A DNA stretch of 63,011 nt, filler included, from Asterionella formosa (GCA_002256025.1; 10 parts of 10 records of this genome joined end to end with filler, not necessarily neighbours in it), one strand, 5' to 3'. Positions 48,961-62,367 are shown, numbered from the whole stretch's first letter. Program-made: numbers and translations. Notes: a model not told the origin generated them from the sequence alone.

Positions 48961-50228
48961 TAGTTACATAATATATATATTAAGCTATCTTAATAACTTA
49001 CTGATTTTACTTAGCAACTTCCTGCTTTTACGAAATTAGAAGATTGGTGTAATCTTTCCTGTGTGGATCATCATACCAACCACCATTTGATATTGTCATG
49101 TCATACAGTTTCAAGAATATGTTGGATGGAAGACAAGGAAATTTTTGCAAAAGAGTCTTGTTTCCCATGATGTGTTCATGTCTGTCCAATTGTAAGATGC
49201 GCTTTTTGCTTGTTGCTTTGGAACTTGCTTTCTTCCAACAACACAAGCAACCCTTGTCTTCTTAACACCAGAGGTTGTTTCATTCTTATTATTTGCTTAT
49301 CAGATGTTGTTGGATGGAGATTGCTGCAGATTGAACTTCCAAATGGAACTGAGAAACCGGTTCATTTTGCAACACACCAGCTGGCAAGCAAGGCTGCTGG
49401 TAGTTGGCAGCCATGGCAACCGTTGTTGCTTCCATTCTGGCTGCACACATTGTTGATAATGCACCAGGAAGGTTGACGATGATAGTATTGGTGAATCATT
49501 ATTATTTATTAATAAAAATATTAAAAGTAATGATAATTATATTAATAATGATATGCAATGTAAATGACAACAATACTAATACTTATAGAAGGATCGACTA
49601 TTGTACGGTACTACCGGTATATGTGATGACGATTTTATGTTGTTTCCGCTACCGGTAAATTTTGATTGGTGGAGACATTTTAGGGTTACGAAGATTGGGT
49701 CAGCAGTATCGAGGATGACCCCAAAAATATTCTAGCGAACGAAGATTAATCTTGGTAAACAATCATGGGAGATTTGCAAGTTATTTATAGCCCGAAAGGG
49801 ACGAATATAAGAAGATGAAACGCCCAACAGGTATCTGGGTTACTCAACAAATCATCGTACCAGGTAATTCGGGCGCCGTATTACGGGGCCTATGTAATGT
49901 AGTAAATATCGATTTTACACATGAATGTTCAGTGTAGTTAGTACCAGGTACTAGGTACTGCCTGGTAGGTCGTTACCAGGTACTGCCTGGAAGCTCGTTC
50001 ATGGATAGAGAAGCGCTGTAGGTGTATGTAGAGCAAAGCAGCTTTTAGGTGGTACCCCTGGTACCGTACCAGGTACCGTACCTGGTACCGTACCTGTATC
50101 CATTACGGTTGCTATTTTGGATCTTTTCTATCCAAGACATGACAAAGCCAGTCACAGTCACAGACACACTCACCTCCTCTCAACCTTTGTATTACGATCC
50201 AACCGGGTATTCATTCTATTCTACAATC

Positions 50229-50411
50229 ATGCCTGCTGTTTCCATGGTGCGGAATAGTAGAAGCGACCGCAGTGAAAGCTATCAAGGCGGCTGGTCGACT
50301 TCCCTTTCAGCGCTGTTCCAAGATCCGTCGTCCAAATCTGACTGCTGCGCCTTGGCATGTTGTGGCTTACTCCTGAGCGATCGCAATTACTACTTGGCTC
50401 TGGACGAACCT
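50229..50411 (+). CDS. PLAC8-family Cys-rich protein, N-terminal part
   Basis: GGWSTSLSALFQD...DCCALACC resembles the PLAC8 WSTGL..CF.D...CC motif; cut by gap. Confidence 0.65.
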
Positions 50412-50697
50412 NNNNNNNNNNNNNNNNNNNNNNNNNNNNNNNNNNNNNNNNNNNNTTAATTAATTAANNNNNNNNNNNNNNNNNNNNNNNNNNNNNNNNN
50501 NNNNNNNNNNNTGTCCCTCCTGAGACCACCCATACCTATAGCAACAGCAACATCCAGCAACAAGCAAAAACATATTTGGACTCTCCTGAAGCCAAGAAAC
50601 TGCGCATCCCCTCCCCATTTGAATTTAGACAATCAAATTGAAATCCTCAAGCAAATAGTATGACATACTGGTTACAAATAATCAGACAAGTTTGATG

Positions 50698-51561
50698 TCA
50701 AGCAAAATTTATCATTTTTGATGTATTTACAAGATCCTCTAAAGTTGTTTCTCCATTCCTTCTAACTGATTCTGCAAACACTATCAGCTCTTCATGTGTC
50801 AAATAGAGAAAGCGTTTGCCATTATCAACAAACACACCAGTTATCCTGCAATCCTTGACCAATGCTCGGATTTTAGCAGTGATAGTAGAACATGGAATTC
50901 GAAACTGTTCAGAGAGATCGTCGATGTTAATGTACTTGTTTGATTTCAAGTACTCTGACAGGTCCATAACACTCATCAAGTCGTCCCCAGAGGACAGAAA
51001 GATCTTCCAGGCTTCGTACTCATTCTGCTCTTGCAATTCTTTTGCCTCCATTCGTAGCTTCCGCCTCTCTTCAATTCTCTTTGCTTCTAGTTTATCTCGC
51101 TCTTTCTTTTCTAACTGCGCTATTTGTTGCGCTTGGCGTTGTTGGTCGCGCCGTTGGTCCTCACACAGCTTGCGCTCTTGTCGTTCTGTTGCCTTTGCAG
51201 CCTTGTCGCGTTCTTTTCTCGACAAACGCCGCATCTCGCCAGGGACGTTATTCTCATTTTGGTCCACACCTGGCTCGTCGCCGCCAATCCTACGTTGACG
51301 CTTCATAACATTTTTGGCTCTTGCCCTCCGCTGCGCACGGTTGAGAGTGGCGATATCGGCGTGGTCCAATTTAGCATCATAGTCCATCTCATCGTTTCCT
51401 CGCGTTTCGAATTCCTCGCGAGTCTGAAGTCGGCGCACAATGATAGTGTACATTATGATTGTCAACATGCCAAAGCCCAGGATGGAGGCAGCGAGAAGCG
51501 CCTCGTCAGAGAAGCCAACTCCAATGTCAGCAGCATTCCCGAAGCGACCATTTGATTTCAT
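50698..51561 (-). CDS. DDRGK1: DDRGK domain-containing protein (UFMylation adaptor)
   Basis: N-terminal TM helix, charged coiled coil, C-terminal YLKSNKYINIDDLSEQF...RITGVFVDNGKRFLYLT. Confidence 0.8.
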   Translation of the reverse strand: MKSNGRFGNAADIGVGFSDEALLAASILGFGMLTIIMYTIIVRRLQTREEFETRGNDEMDYDAKLDHADIATLNRAQRRARAKNVMKRQRRIGGDEPGVDQNENNVPGEMRRLSRKERDKAAKATERQERKLCEDQRRDQQRQAQQIAQLEKKERDKLEAKRIEERRKLRMEAKELQEQNEYEAWKIFLSSGDDLMSVMDLSEYLKSNKYINIDDLSEQFRIPCSTITAKIRALVKDCRITGVFVDNGKRFLYLTHEELIVFAESVRRNGETTLEDLVNTSKMINFA

Positions 51562-52004
51562 GATCACAAATAGCTTCTTATAATAATACCTGCTGATGGA
51601 GAAGAAATGAAGTATATAATTAATTATACGAACGTTAATTATTCAAAATCTAGCAGGAGACGTGTCTGTTAGCTGTTATTGGAATCCGCAACATATGTAA
51701 TGCAACCAATTGGATATCATTGTCGTATTCAACTCTTGCAGCTTCGCTAAAAACGATGTTTGCAGATGACTTCGCTCATCAGCCATGGGAATTCCTTTCG
51801 TCGTGAAAGCGGTCCTCTCGTCTGACATCACAATATTGCTATTACAGGGTGTGTATTTGGTATTTTGTGAGGAAAAGATTCGATCGCTAGACTACGTTAT
51901 ACATGTGGTATCCCTATTCTATATCGCAATTTCTTGGTTACAAATAAGAGCAGAGAAATATGTACTCTCTAACTCTGGTATAAGTAGTCATTCAATGGTG
52001 AACT

Positions 52005-53938
52005 AGCGATTCCCGTTCCAGCTTTCGTATTGCCATTCGGTTGTGTCTAAGTAATTTTTAGGCTTAAAGTAATTTTTTGGGGGGCAATATGGGGCAGATC
52101 GAATTTTTCGGCATTAAAATTGCTGATTTTTGCATGACAGTCAGAATAACGGTAATATGCATAGAAATGGTAAACAAGCATGAAACACATGAGAATTGTT
52201 GTAACATACAATTTCAATGAAAATGGAACATGATGTTTGGAGCAACCAAAGTATGACATGTAATTTAATAAGCAGTGTCAATTGAGAAATAGAAAAAGTT
52301 GTTTTGGGTTAGAAATGAAGTAAAAATATTGATTTTCAAGGGAGACACATGCGTTGTAGTGCTTACACATGCAACATTGACTTGCCATCATCACACCATC
52401 AAAGAGCAAAGGGATAAGAAGAAAAAAGCTCAACCCAGCAATTGAAATCTGCATTGTTATGTTGTGCAGATGATCTTGTTGCTGCAACCATGAATATAGC
52501 TGTAGTCTGACACAAGTACCCCCGGTAGCCACACTCCTTCCGCCCACAGTCGTTGTTCCTCCCACCACCGAGCAACCCTGATCATTCCATTCCGTTCCAT
52601 TCTGAGCAAGCATGGCTGATCGCCAGACTGATCCACTATCGGCTTCCTCCAACTGTGTATTGGTACGTAGCTTGTAATACGAGCTTTTAGTAGAAATGTA
52701 GCAAAGCGCGTTAGTACAAGAAAAGCATTGCTTGGCGGGAATATTGACATCATTGTCAACAACTATACAGATCAACAGATCAGAATAACAATGCATCTTC
52801 AAAGAGTTGTGTAGATAGATACAATAGAACAAGAACGATATTGCGGAACTACAAACAACGATGGAAGCAATCAAAAGGGACTATGGAAGCAACCAAATCG
52901 GAAATTCGACAAATAGTATCGACTTTCCACATTCAGTGTTTCACTGTCGTACTCACCGTTCCGCTTTACTAACTAGGATAAGAAGCAGCAGACGATGTTG
53001 TCAAACGAAAGTCGAAAGGTCCCTGTTGCAAGCCTTAATTGAGCAACGGCAGGCAGGATAGAGTGAGAAGTATAATTAAGAGGACAAAATCGGGTATACG
53101 TAAAATCAATGAATATGTGAACGATATAATTTATCGTAAAGATAATACAGAGTGTTAAAAGTAAGCGTTAAAGTTTAGCGTAAACCATGCATGATTGTTT
53201 TTATTACCACGTACATATGTAGGCTATATGACTAGAATATGCGTTAAGCATCATCACATGCATGACCGGAGCAAAAACTTTCCACCAACATCAGATATAT
53301 GCACCGATATCATTGTTCGTCCAATGAAACATGAACGATGTGACTACATGAATCCCACGAGAAGGCAAACAACCCAAAAACCAACCGCATCCGTTCGACA
53401 ACAAATCGCTACTGACATCAATTAACTCATTTCGCTTCAGACTTGGCATGATTGATGATGATCGGCATGGTGAAAGGTGAATTGCCGGAGTCCACTTCTT
53501 TTCAGGCGACAAACAAAAACGAGGCGAAAAAATGTATATAATTTTATTCAAATCTGTAGAGTAGTATATAAAATGGTTTCCCTAAGTAGACACCTTGCCT
53601 ATTTCAACAATCTCAGGGCAACTGGAGTAAATTGTAGTGCCCAAATGAGAACATATGAAATTTATAATGATGGGCAATATCAGACCAATTGCAAATTTCG
53701 ATGTGAAGATAGGAATATACAAAATATATTTTATATGATGGGCTATATACTACTAGTAAGCTAAAATTGACATTGAACAATCAATGAGTGGGGAATAAAG
53801 TAAGCGAATGGCGCGAAAATAGCTAGTTTGTGAATTGCCTCAACAATACCCTTCTTGGCCAGTGGCTACATGCCTTCTTCTCCTACAAATGTGTACTCGC
53901 AGGCATGAGACCACCTCAGGCATGTATTGTCTTCAGCA
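52005..53938 (+). mobile_element. Complete non-autonomous Crypton-like element (1934 bp)
   Basis: Left end AGCGATTCCCGTTCCAGC, right end ATGTATTGTCTTCAGCA; colinear with 59456-61552; no credible ORF. Confidence 0.8.
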
Positions 53939-54745
53939 ACTGGCATAGTACTATGGTGGCAATATGTTTGACCAAAAAATACATATATATTTATGTATGT
54001 TGAACCTATGGATTTGTTATAGCAGACAGCGAACTGCTACCAGCAGTAAAAGCAACAGGGAATGTAATTCATATATGGAGCACACATTATTAGAATTGAA
54101 CATTTATTTTAAAAAATTTGTGTCCAGCAAAGATTGGGTTTTTGTGATTTGCACTGCAGTTGTTCATACCTTGTTTCCACTTTCCTTTTCTCACAACTAC
54201 AGATACATGATAGCAATTGATGTTTGAATACTGACAAGAAGCATGACCCTCTACAAGTCGACATTTCATGCAGCTTTAAGGTAAAATAATCTATTCACTT
54301 CTAGAAACACTGCGTAATGAGAATACAGTATTGGTCAAATATTTACATATACTAGTAGCTTTAGTGGTGGTCAGGTATCTATGGTATGCTGAATTCGTAT
54401 AGCTGTAAGTTGCGGTCATTTTCTTCTTTGTGTGCACATTTCAAAAGGCGACACATATTTCCCGACTTGGCAGCCATTATAAAATCAAAACATGAAACTT
54501 CTGATGGTTCACGCCTGTCGGCCATATAAAAAGACCGGACAGAATTTCATAAACTCAGATAATTAGGGGGAAACAGGTTCCAATGAAATGTATTTTTGGG
54601 TTAAATTACTTAGGGACTATTTTAGTTTTAGCAAAATTTTACTTTAACTAAACAAACATAGTCCTTAATTCATTTGTACGCGCTGCCTGTGATGCTACAT
54701 ACGGAAGGAAATTGATTTATTGGTAGTCCGTCCTGTCGGCACATC

Positions 54746-55150
54746 GTCTGCAAATAAAAACTATCATATTTCCATGATGCATCATAGGATTGTGATCATC
54801 TGATCATAATATTTCGTTATATCATCTAATAATTTTGATAAATGCCTTTGTAATTTCTTAAATAGTAACCCTTTTGACTACATATATTTCATTATTATAT
54901 GTATTGTTTCTATTAGATTCCTGTATTCGAATTTCTTGGTAGGATAATGTACCAGTTCAAGTAATGTACGAATTTGGCTCGTCATTTCCATCCGTCATCA
55001 CTCCGATTTTTGCAACAACAACGAAATACTAGCGATGACAAGCTGAATGAATGTTTGCGATAACGACGTCTTCAATTTGTTTGTCAAGTGATCATTATAT
55101 CTTCAAGTAATCGTCATGTGCAGTGAACCTTTGTTCATAATCATTCAATT
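54746..55150 (+). repeat. GTCTGCAAATAAAAA repeat family copy 3 (diverges internally)
   Basis: First ~220 bp closely match 35486 onward, then similarity decays. Confidence 0.75.
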
Positions 55151-55454
55151 AAGAGTTTACACCAGGAGAGAATAAATCATTCGAACTCGTAATTGTTCCG
55201 CACACAGCGCACAAAGTAAATCCGTTTTGTCGACTTCAGCATGACAATTTCGCCAATCAACCCGAAAACAAACACATTCTACTTGTTCTCGTTGACATTT
55301 TCAATTCTCACATGATACTACATCTACTATTTCGATTCAGCATAGAAGGAGATACGAAAATGTGCGTAACAGACTACTGTCCACATAGCTATACTTATAG
55401 AATGATTCTGATTAGAACGCATTTCATTTTCATATCGCTCACTCGTTCCTGCAT

Positions 55455-55905
55455 TTGGCATACTGTACTTGAAATAACTATTGAACTTGTCCGCATCTTT
55501 GATACCATCAAGAGAGCGAAAGCAAGTGGCTCTTTTCATTATTGTTTGCTCGTAGGAAAAATTTGATATCTGTATCGTCATTTGCTTGCTTGTTGGAACT
55601 GTCCGTTGCCTCAAACCTGCTTGGCGTGTGCGTACACACACTGTCGACTTGTTTTCATTGGTATGTTGTTCTTGTATTCACTGTTGAACTTGTCCGCAAC
55701 TTTGTTACCATCAATAGAGCGACAAGTGGGTCTCTTCATTGTTGTTTGCTCCTGGAAAAGTCGGTGTCCGTGTCATCCTCATCAATAGAGAGACAAGTTC
55801 TTTCGCTGGAAAAATTGGTATTTGTGGTATCATCATTCGCTCGTTGGAACCACTGTCCGTTGCCTCAAACCTGATTAGCGTGTGAGTATGCGCACTGTCG
55901 ACTTT
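55455..55905. repeat. Degenerate ~200 bp tandem duplication
   Basis: TTGAACTTGTCCGCA...ACTGTCCGTTGCCTCAAACCTG...CACTGTCGACTT occurs twice. Confidence 0.7.
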
Positions 55906-56583
55906 TGTACATTACAGGCGGAGTGACTTAGCTACTAAATTGCGTGATATAATAATATGCCCCATAGCATGTTGAAATTGCGTCCCGAAGCACTCTATGC
56001 TTTCTTGTATCCTGTAAGGACACGTCAGGGACCAAATAGGCTGTAGATATAACAACGATGTCTCCGTGATCGATTGTAATTGTTCCTAAGAGTTTTAATA
56101 GAATTATGGGTTTTAACTGTTGGCGTAGATTGTTTTCGAATTCTCTGGTACCATATTCTTTCTTGATTCATTCGATTCAATATGTAGTAGGTAATTTATA
56201 CCGGGATTTTCTTTCCTAAAATATTTTCTCCAACATAGCACGATGCAGAATACAGTTGCTTCCCAATCATCTCATAATGATTGATGAGATGATAATGTGA
56301 TATCATGATAGGGTTACATCGATGCATACATCACCAAAGTGTGATACGTAATATTGAATAAAGTAGATCACATAGCTATGATACATTGATCATAAAATTA
56401 TGATGATTTTATAAAATGTTTATGATATAATTTTGATCAAAATATGATTATGTTAAAATAGTACAATGACAATAAAATACGATAAATATGTACGCAAGTG
56501 TTACCAAGACATCATAGAAAATAAATCAAGCAATCATAAAGCATGTTAATTAATATATATGTTTGTCGTTTAATGTATACAGT

Positions 56584-56712
56584 TACATCTAAGACGCGAA
56601 ATACGCCACTTTTCGAAATTTCGTCTACGTATGAGTGTTAATTATGTGGTACTTCACATGCATTAATGCCACTCTTCACGTAAAAAAGATTACTTTTAAC
56701 GGTTTCATGTGA
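56584..56712 (+). repeat. Second copy of the CATCTAAG-terminus repeat, cut by gap
   Basis: Near-identical to 43473-43601. Confidence 0.8.
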
Positions 56713-58188
56713 NNNNNNNNNNNNNNNNNNNNNNNNNNNNNNNNNNNNNNNNNNNNTTAATTAATTAANNNNNNNNNNNNNNNNNNNNNNNNNNNNNNNN
56801 NNNNNNNNNNNNGATCCCATGGCCGGCAGCATTCACAATATCATGCACCCAGCCACAACCGCTTGGAGTGAAATTGTCGCCTGCGAATTGACGCCTGATC
56901 TTGATGTTGCATCACATGATTGCCTTCAGCGATGCGAAGGCGATTTTGAATTGTAGAAGTAAACCCATTATGTTTGCGAAAATATTAGTCTCGATTTTTA
57001 AATGACTACTTACTCTCGAAGTAACTAAGAACCAAGCAAATTGATTGGTACATACTAGCTAGTCTTGTTGGCATGATTCAATTCAAACTCTTGTTGCCAC
57101 CACTCATTGCTCTGTCAAGAAATGAATGATTGTGCCATGAAGATATTCCTTGGAAAAAACTGATTGATCTCCTGGATGAGGACTGAAGAAGGATCCATAA
57201 AGTCTTTAGATGCAATCCAAAAGTCCATCATCAACATAGCTATGAAATTGTTAATGTTGAAGTATCCACTGATGTTGACATTGAAAACTACTGTTGGGAA
57301 GACGATCATCTATCCAAATCACCATGAGCCATAAAAACTTTCATTCTTAACAAGATTGTTTGTATGGATGTACAATATTATCAGCCAGTCAAACAACTTA
57401 TTAATTACTAGGAGAAGGTACCTACAGGACTGAAAGCGCGTGTGTTAGCCATTTCACGAAATGAACTAACTCCAATGATCAACAAAGATTCCACTTAGTT
57501 TCCGTCAATCACATCTTGGTCAGAGGATTCAAGCCTTCCTCCACTGGTTAAATTAACACAAAAAGAATTATTGCTTCAGATCTTCAATTCATTATAATCC
57601 TTGATCAATGGAATCACAAGGACTTCAGAGTACATAGACATGTTTAATTATATAACTCTTTTTGAATTCGAAGTGAAGCATCTAACTAGATGTATTAGTA
57701 TTTATTGAATATATGAGCTAAGCTAGTGAGTCTTTCTATCATTCTTAGCTCACTCAATGAAGATCACATTAAAGTATAACGCATAAATCAATAGGTATAA
57801 GTTGAGTTCTCAACAGGTCGAGGTCCGATATAGTATATGACATGACCTCAACCATGTAACTTGCATATTTAGCCATCGTGCTTTCGAATACACTATGCGT
57901 CAGAAGAATTCTTCGGTGATGATGCAAGTGCTAAAGCATACTGCATCGCGCAAAAAGGTAAAGCAATACGAAAAAACTCTGTGGTATGAAACAGTGGAAA
58001 AATAATCACGGTTTGGGGGAAAATATATCCATTTATGGATAGAAAAATATGAAGTGTAAGCCACCGCTATGAAGAAATCTGAATGACTTTGAAAATTAGA
58101 TCTTCATGGCTTTATACAATTAATCAAAACTGATTATTTATTCGTAGAATAGAGTGCATTGTGTAGCATACACCTCGTACTTACATCA

Positions 58189-61100
58189 GCAAGTTACGGT
58201 AATTTTGTTGAACTAAGGATTTAGCTGTCTTTATCCTATATTAAATTGCTTATTTAAGCAAAATGACCGCATCAGGTTGCTGTAGCTGCAAGCTGCCGTA
58301 ATTTTCCTGAAACGGACAATGTGTTAGCGGACAGTGTCATTTGTTATCATAAATAGTACTAAAGGACAACTTCTATGCATAGCACGATTCAGCGAAATAA
58401 ATAGCGGAATTCTTCTAATTGCAAAAATGAGAATACAAAGCATATGACTATGAATTTCAGGAAAACATTATGACTTTCAGGAAATTCCTATGAATTTCAG
58501 GATATGACTATGACTTTCAGGAAACTTTAGGAAATATCAGGAAAACTAGCTAAGGAAATGCATAAGTAAACTTCAGGAAATTCCTGGAATTTCCTCAAGT
58601 CTCCAAAAATATTTTTTTCTGGCCAAAGTGATAATCTGCACATCCTTCGTTCTGGATTTTGCGTACCAGGTACGCTACTGGTAATAGTTAGGATCATTTG
58701 AAAGACCGGTAGTGGCGTTACTAACTATTATATAGATATGACGATATACCCATACCGGGGTATGTAGTCTTGAGTTTTTCCAGCAATAAGAATGCCCATG
58801 CGAATGAACTCAGCACAAGCAAGGGATAGGCGGGTGCAAGCGTGATGTTGAGAATCACAAAATAGAATTGGACTGGACTGTATCAGGGTTTCAAAAATTG
58901 CTGGTCGTATATTCTACAGGTAAAATCTGCTACACTTTGAATGACCATGGTACAGTACCCTGGTACTCCGGTACCAGTACCAGTGTAAAATGCTACTGTA
59001 TGCATATGAGGCTGGGTGCATCCTGAATCATTAGGTACCTGGTAGCTAAAATACCGTAACTACGAGTGTAACAAATGTTTTTAGCTGGAGTAAAATAATG
59101 TACATAAACAACATACCGTTACATACGAATAAATTTTATTTATATACATTTAAATAATTTCACCATCCAATCACGTTGTTATCGTGGTTGAGTTCATTCA
59201 TGATGAACTTGAAATCGAAGTCAATTGCACAGCAATGGCTGTGAAAGCATTGTTGTAGCTAAATTGCAACTCCTATAGGACCTTATGTGATGAATTCCTG
59301 TACAGTTTCAACTCCAGATAGCCCACTGTCAAGCTCAAGAGCTTTTGCACGTGAATTGGTTGGTCATGTAGGCGTATATCTGACGTGCTCAACACAAACT
59401 AGGTCATATATGAACCAAATCGTGTGCTCCCGCGTCGCTTGACGCGTTTACTGATAGCAATTCCCGCTCCAGCGATCGTCTTGCCATTCGGGTACTTCTA
59501 AGTAATTTTTAGCCTCTAAGTAATTTCTTAAGTAATTTTTATTTAAGGGCAATATGGGGACAACCAGAATATCGGTAATATGCATAGAGATGGTACAACA
59601 AGCGTAAAACACACGAGAATGATTGTAACATGCAACATCAATGAAAATTGAACATGATGTTTGGAGCAACCAAAGTATGCAATGCGATGTAATAAGTAGC
59701 ATCAAATGAGAAATAGAAGAAAAAAATTTGGGTTAGAAAGTAATAAAAAATAAGAGTTCCAATGGGGACGTCGTAGCTATGCATTGTGAATCATTGTAGT
59801 ACTTACACAGGCGACATTGAGTTTACATCGCCATACAATCGAAGACCGAAAGAAGAAGAAGAAAAGCTCAACCCAATGTAGACCTGCATCGTTATTTAGC
59901 TTCAATGGTCTGGTTGCTGCAACCATGCGCATCGCTGTAGTAGCCTGACACCAGTAGCAGTATTTCCGCCACAGTCATTCCTCTCCGCCCACCAAACAGG
60001 CAACCCCGATCATTCCATTCTGAGCAAGCATGATCGCCACGCTGCTCCAGCACTATTGACTCTCTCTAGCTGAGTATTCATGTAGCTTCTGATACGAACT
60101 CGCAGTAGGAATGTAGCAAAGCGCGTTAGTACAAGAAAAGCATTGCTTGGCGGCAATATTGACATCATTGTCAATGACTATACAAATCAACAAATACGAT
60201 CAACAACGGCACAATACCACATCTTCAATGAGTAGTCATTGATAAATGCATTGGTTCTTATGTAGATATGTACAATTGAAACAAAACAACAGTGCCTAAC
60301 GACAAACAACAATGGAAGCGATCAAAAAACAAACCACGGAAGCAATCAAATCGGAAAGTCGATAAATACAATCTACAATCCACATTCAGTGTTTCACTGT
60401 TGTACTTACCGATCCGCTTCAACTAGCATAACAAGCAGCAGACGATGGGATAAAAGAAAGACGAACGTTGCCTATTGCAAGCCCGAATAGAGCAAAGTCA
60501 GGCAAGATAGAGTGAGAACTATATTTGTGAGGACGAAATTGGGCATACGGTACGTGAAATCAATGAATATGTGAACGATATAATTCAACATCATTTCAGG
60601 TCTCGTAAAAATAATACCGAGTCTACAGAGATAATATTATTACGTGTTCAAAGTAAGCGTTAAAGCATAGCTTAAACCATGCATGGTTGTTTTTAGTACC
60701 ACGTATGTATGTAGACTAGATGACTGCCAGCAACCGGTAGAATATCCGTTAAGCATCATTACATACATGACCGGAGCAAAAACTTGCCACCAACATCAGA
60801 TGTATCGATATCATCGTTCGTCCGACGAAAAATGGACGATGCGACTACATGAAAACCTCGAGAAGACAAGCAATCCAACAATCAACCGCATCCTTTAGGC
60901 AAAGAATCGCTAGTACTGACATCATCGCGGAACTGATTTCGCTTCAAACCGGTCATGATGGACGACGATTGGCATGGTGAAAGGTGAATTGCCGGAGTCC
61001 ACTTTTCAGGAGACGAACAAAAACGAGGTGAATTCTAGGTATAAATTATTAAAATCTGAATAGTATATAAAATGGTTTCCTTAAGTAGACCCCTTGCCGA

Positions 61101-62367
61101 TTTCGGCAATCCCAGGGCTGGAAAACCGAGGGGCAATTGGCATCTGTTGTCTTGCCAAAATGCGAAAATATGAAATATACAAAATATATTTTAATGATGG
61201 GCAATATCGGACCTTTGGCAATTTTCGAGGTTAAGATAGGAAATATACAAAATATATTTTATATGATGGGCAATAGTAGGCTAAAATTGACATTTATGCT
61301 AAATTTGTGGGCAGTAGGTAAGCGAATGACGCGACGATAGCTAGAGCGGGAATTGCCTCAACAATACCCTTCTCGGCGGCTACTTGCCTTCTCGTATACA
61401 TGTGTACTCGACTGCGATGGCACTCGTAGGGTGACCTTCTCGCAGCGCCGGCCGGGCGCCACTTGTACGTTCAACCTAATCGCGCCAACCTGCCTCGAAC
61501 ACATGTATACTCGCAGGCAAGAGACCACCTCGGGCGTGTATTGCCTTCAGCACTTCTCATGACGGTTATGTTGATAAATCAAGCGGCGCGGGAGGTTGTA
61601 AAATTGTTGTGTAAATCAACAGAATAATACTGACATGGTCAATGTGATTTTAATATTGATTTTTATGCGCAAAACATTATTTACAGTTTGTAGGGTCAGG
61701 GTTTTTGCCAATACTAGCCCTCTATGTACGGGGGTCTACCTCGTGGCCCCAAAATTGTACACGCCCAGCCATACATACAGACTACCAGGTACTCCGTACA
61801 TTCTAAATATATGTACCGGTAAATATAATAGTTAGTAACACCACTGCAGGTATTTCAAATGATCCTAACTATTACCGGTAGCGTACCTGGTACGCAAAAT
61901 CCAGAACGAAGGATGTGCAGATTTTCACTTTGGCCAGAAAAAAATATTTTTGGAGACTTTAGGAAATTCCAGGAATTTCCTGAAGTTTACTTATGCATTT
62001 CCTTAGCTAGTTTTCCTGATATTTCCTAAAGTTTCCTGAAAGTCATAGTCATATACTGAAATTCATAGGAATTTCCTGAAAGTCATAATGTTTTCCTGAA
62101 ATTCATAGTCATATGCTTTGTATTCTCATTTTTGCAATTAGAAGAATTCCGCTATTTATTTCGCTGAATCGTGCTATGCATAGAAGTTGTCCTTTAGTAC
62201 TATTTATGATAACAAATGACGCTGTCCGGTAACACATTGACTGTTTCAGGAAAATTACGGCAGCTTGCAGCTACAGCAACCTGATGCGGTCATTTTGCTT
62301 AAATCAACAATTTAACATAGGATAAAGACAGCTAAATCCTTAGTTCAACAAAATTACCGTAACTTGC
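58189..62367. mobile_element. Foldback-like structure with ~545 bp inverted arms (58189-58733 / 61823-62367)
   Basis: Arms are near-perfect reverse complements within one contig and contain an array of TTTCAGGAAA-type repeats. Confidence 0.7.
59456..61552 (+). mobile_element. Complete non-autonomous Crypton-like element (2097 bp) with AGCA terminal direct repeats
   Basis: AGCAATTCCCGCTCCAGC at 59456; GGGCGTGTATTGCCTTCAGCA ending 61552; left end nearly identical to 3543-3645. Confidence 0.85.

Noticed and set aside
52278..52874. 198 aa ORF inside the non-autonomous element
   Set aside because: Not preserved as an ORF in the other two copies; no recognisable domain.
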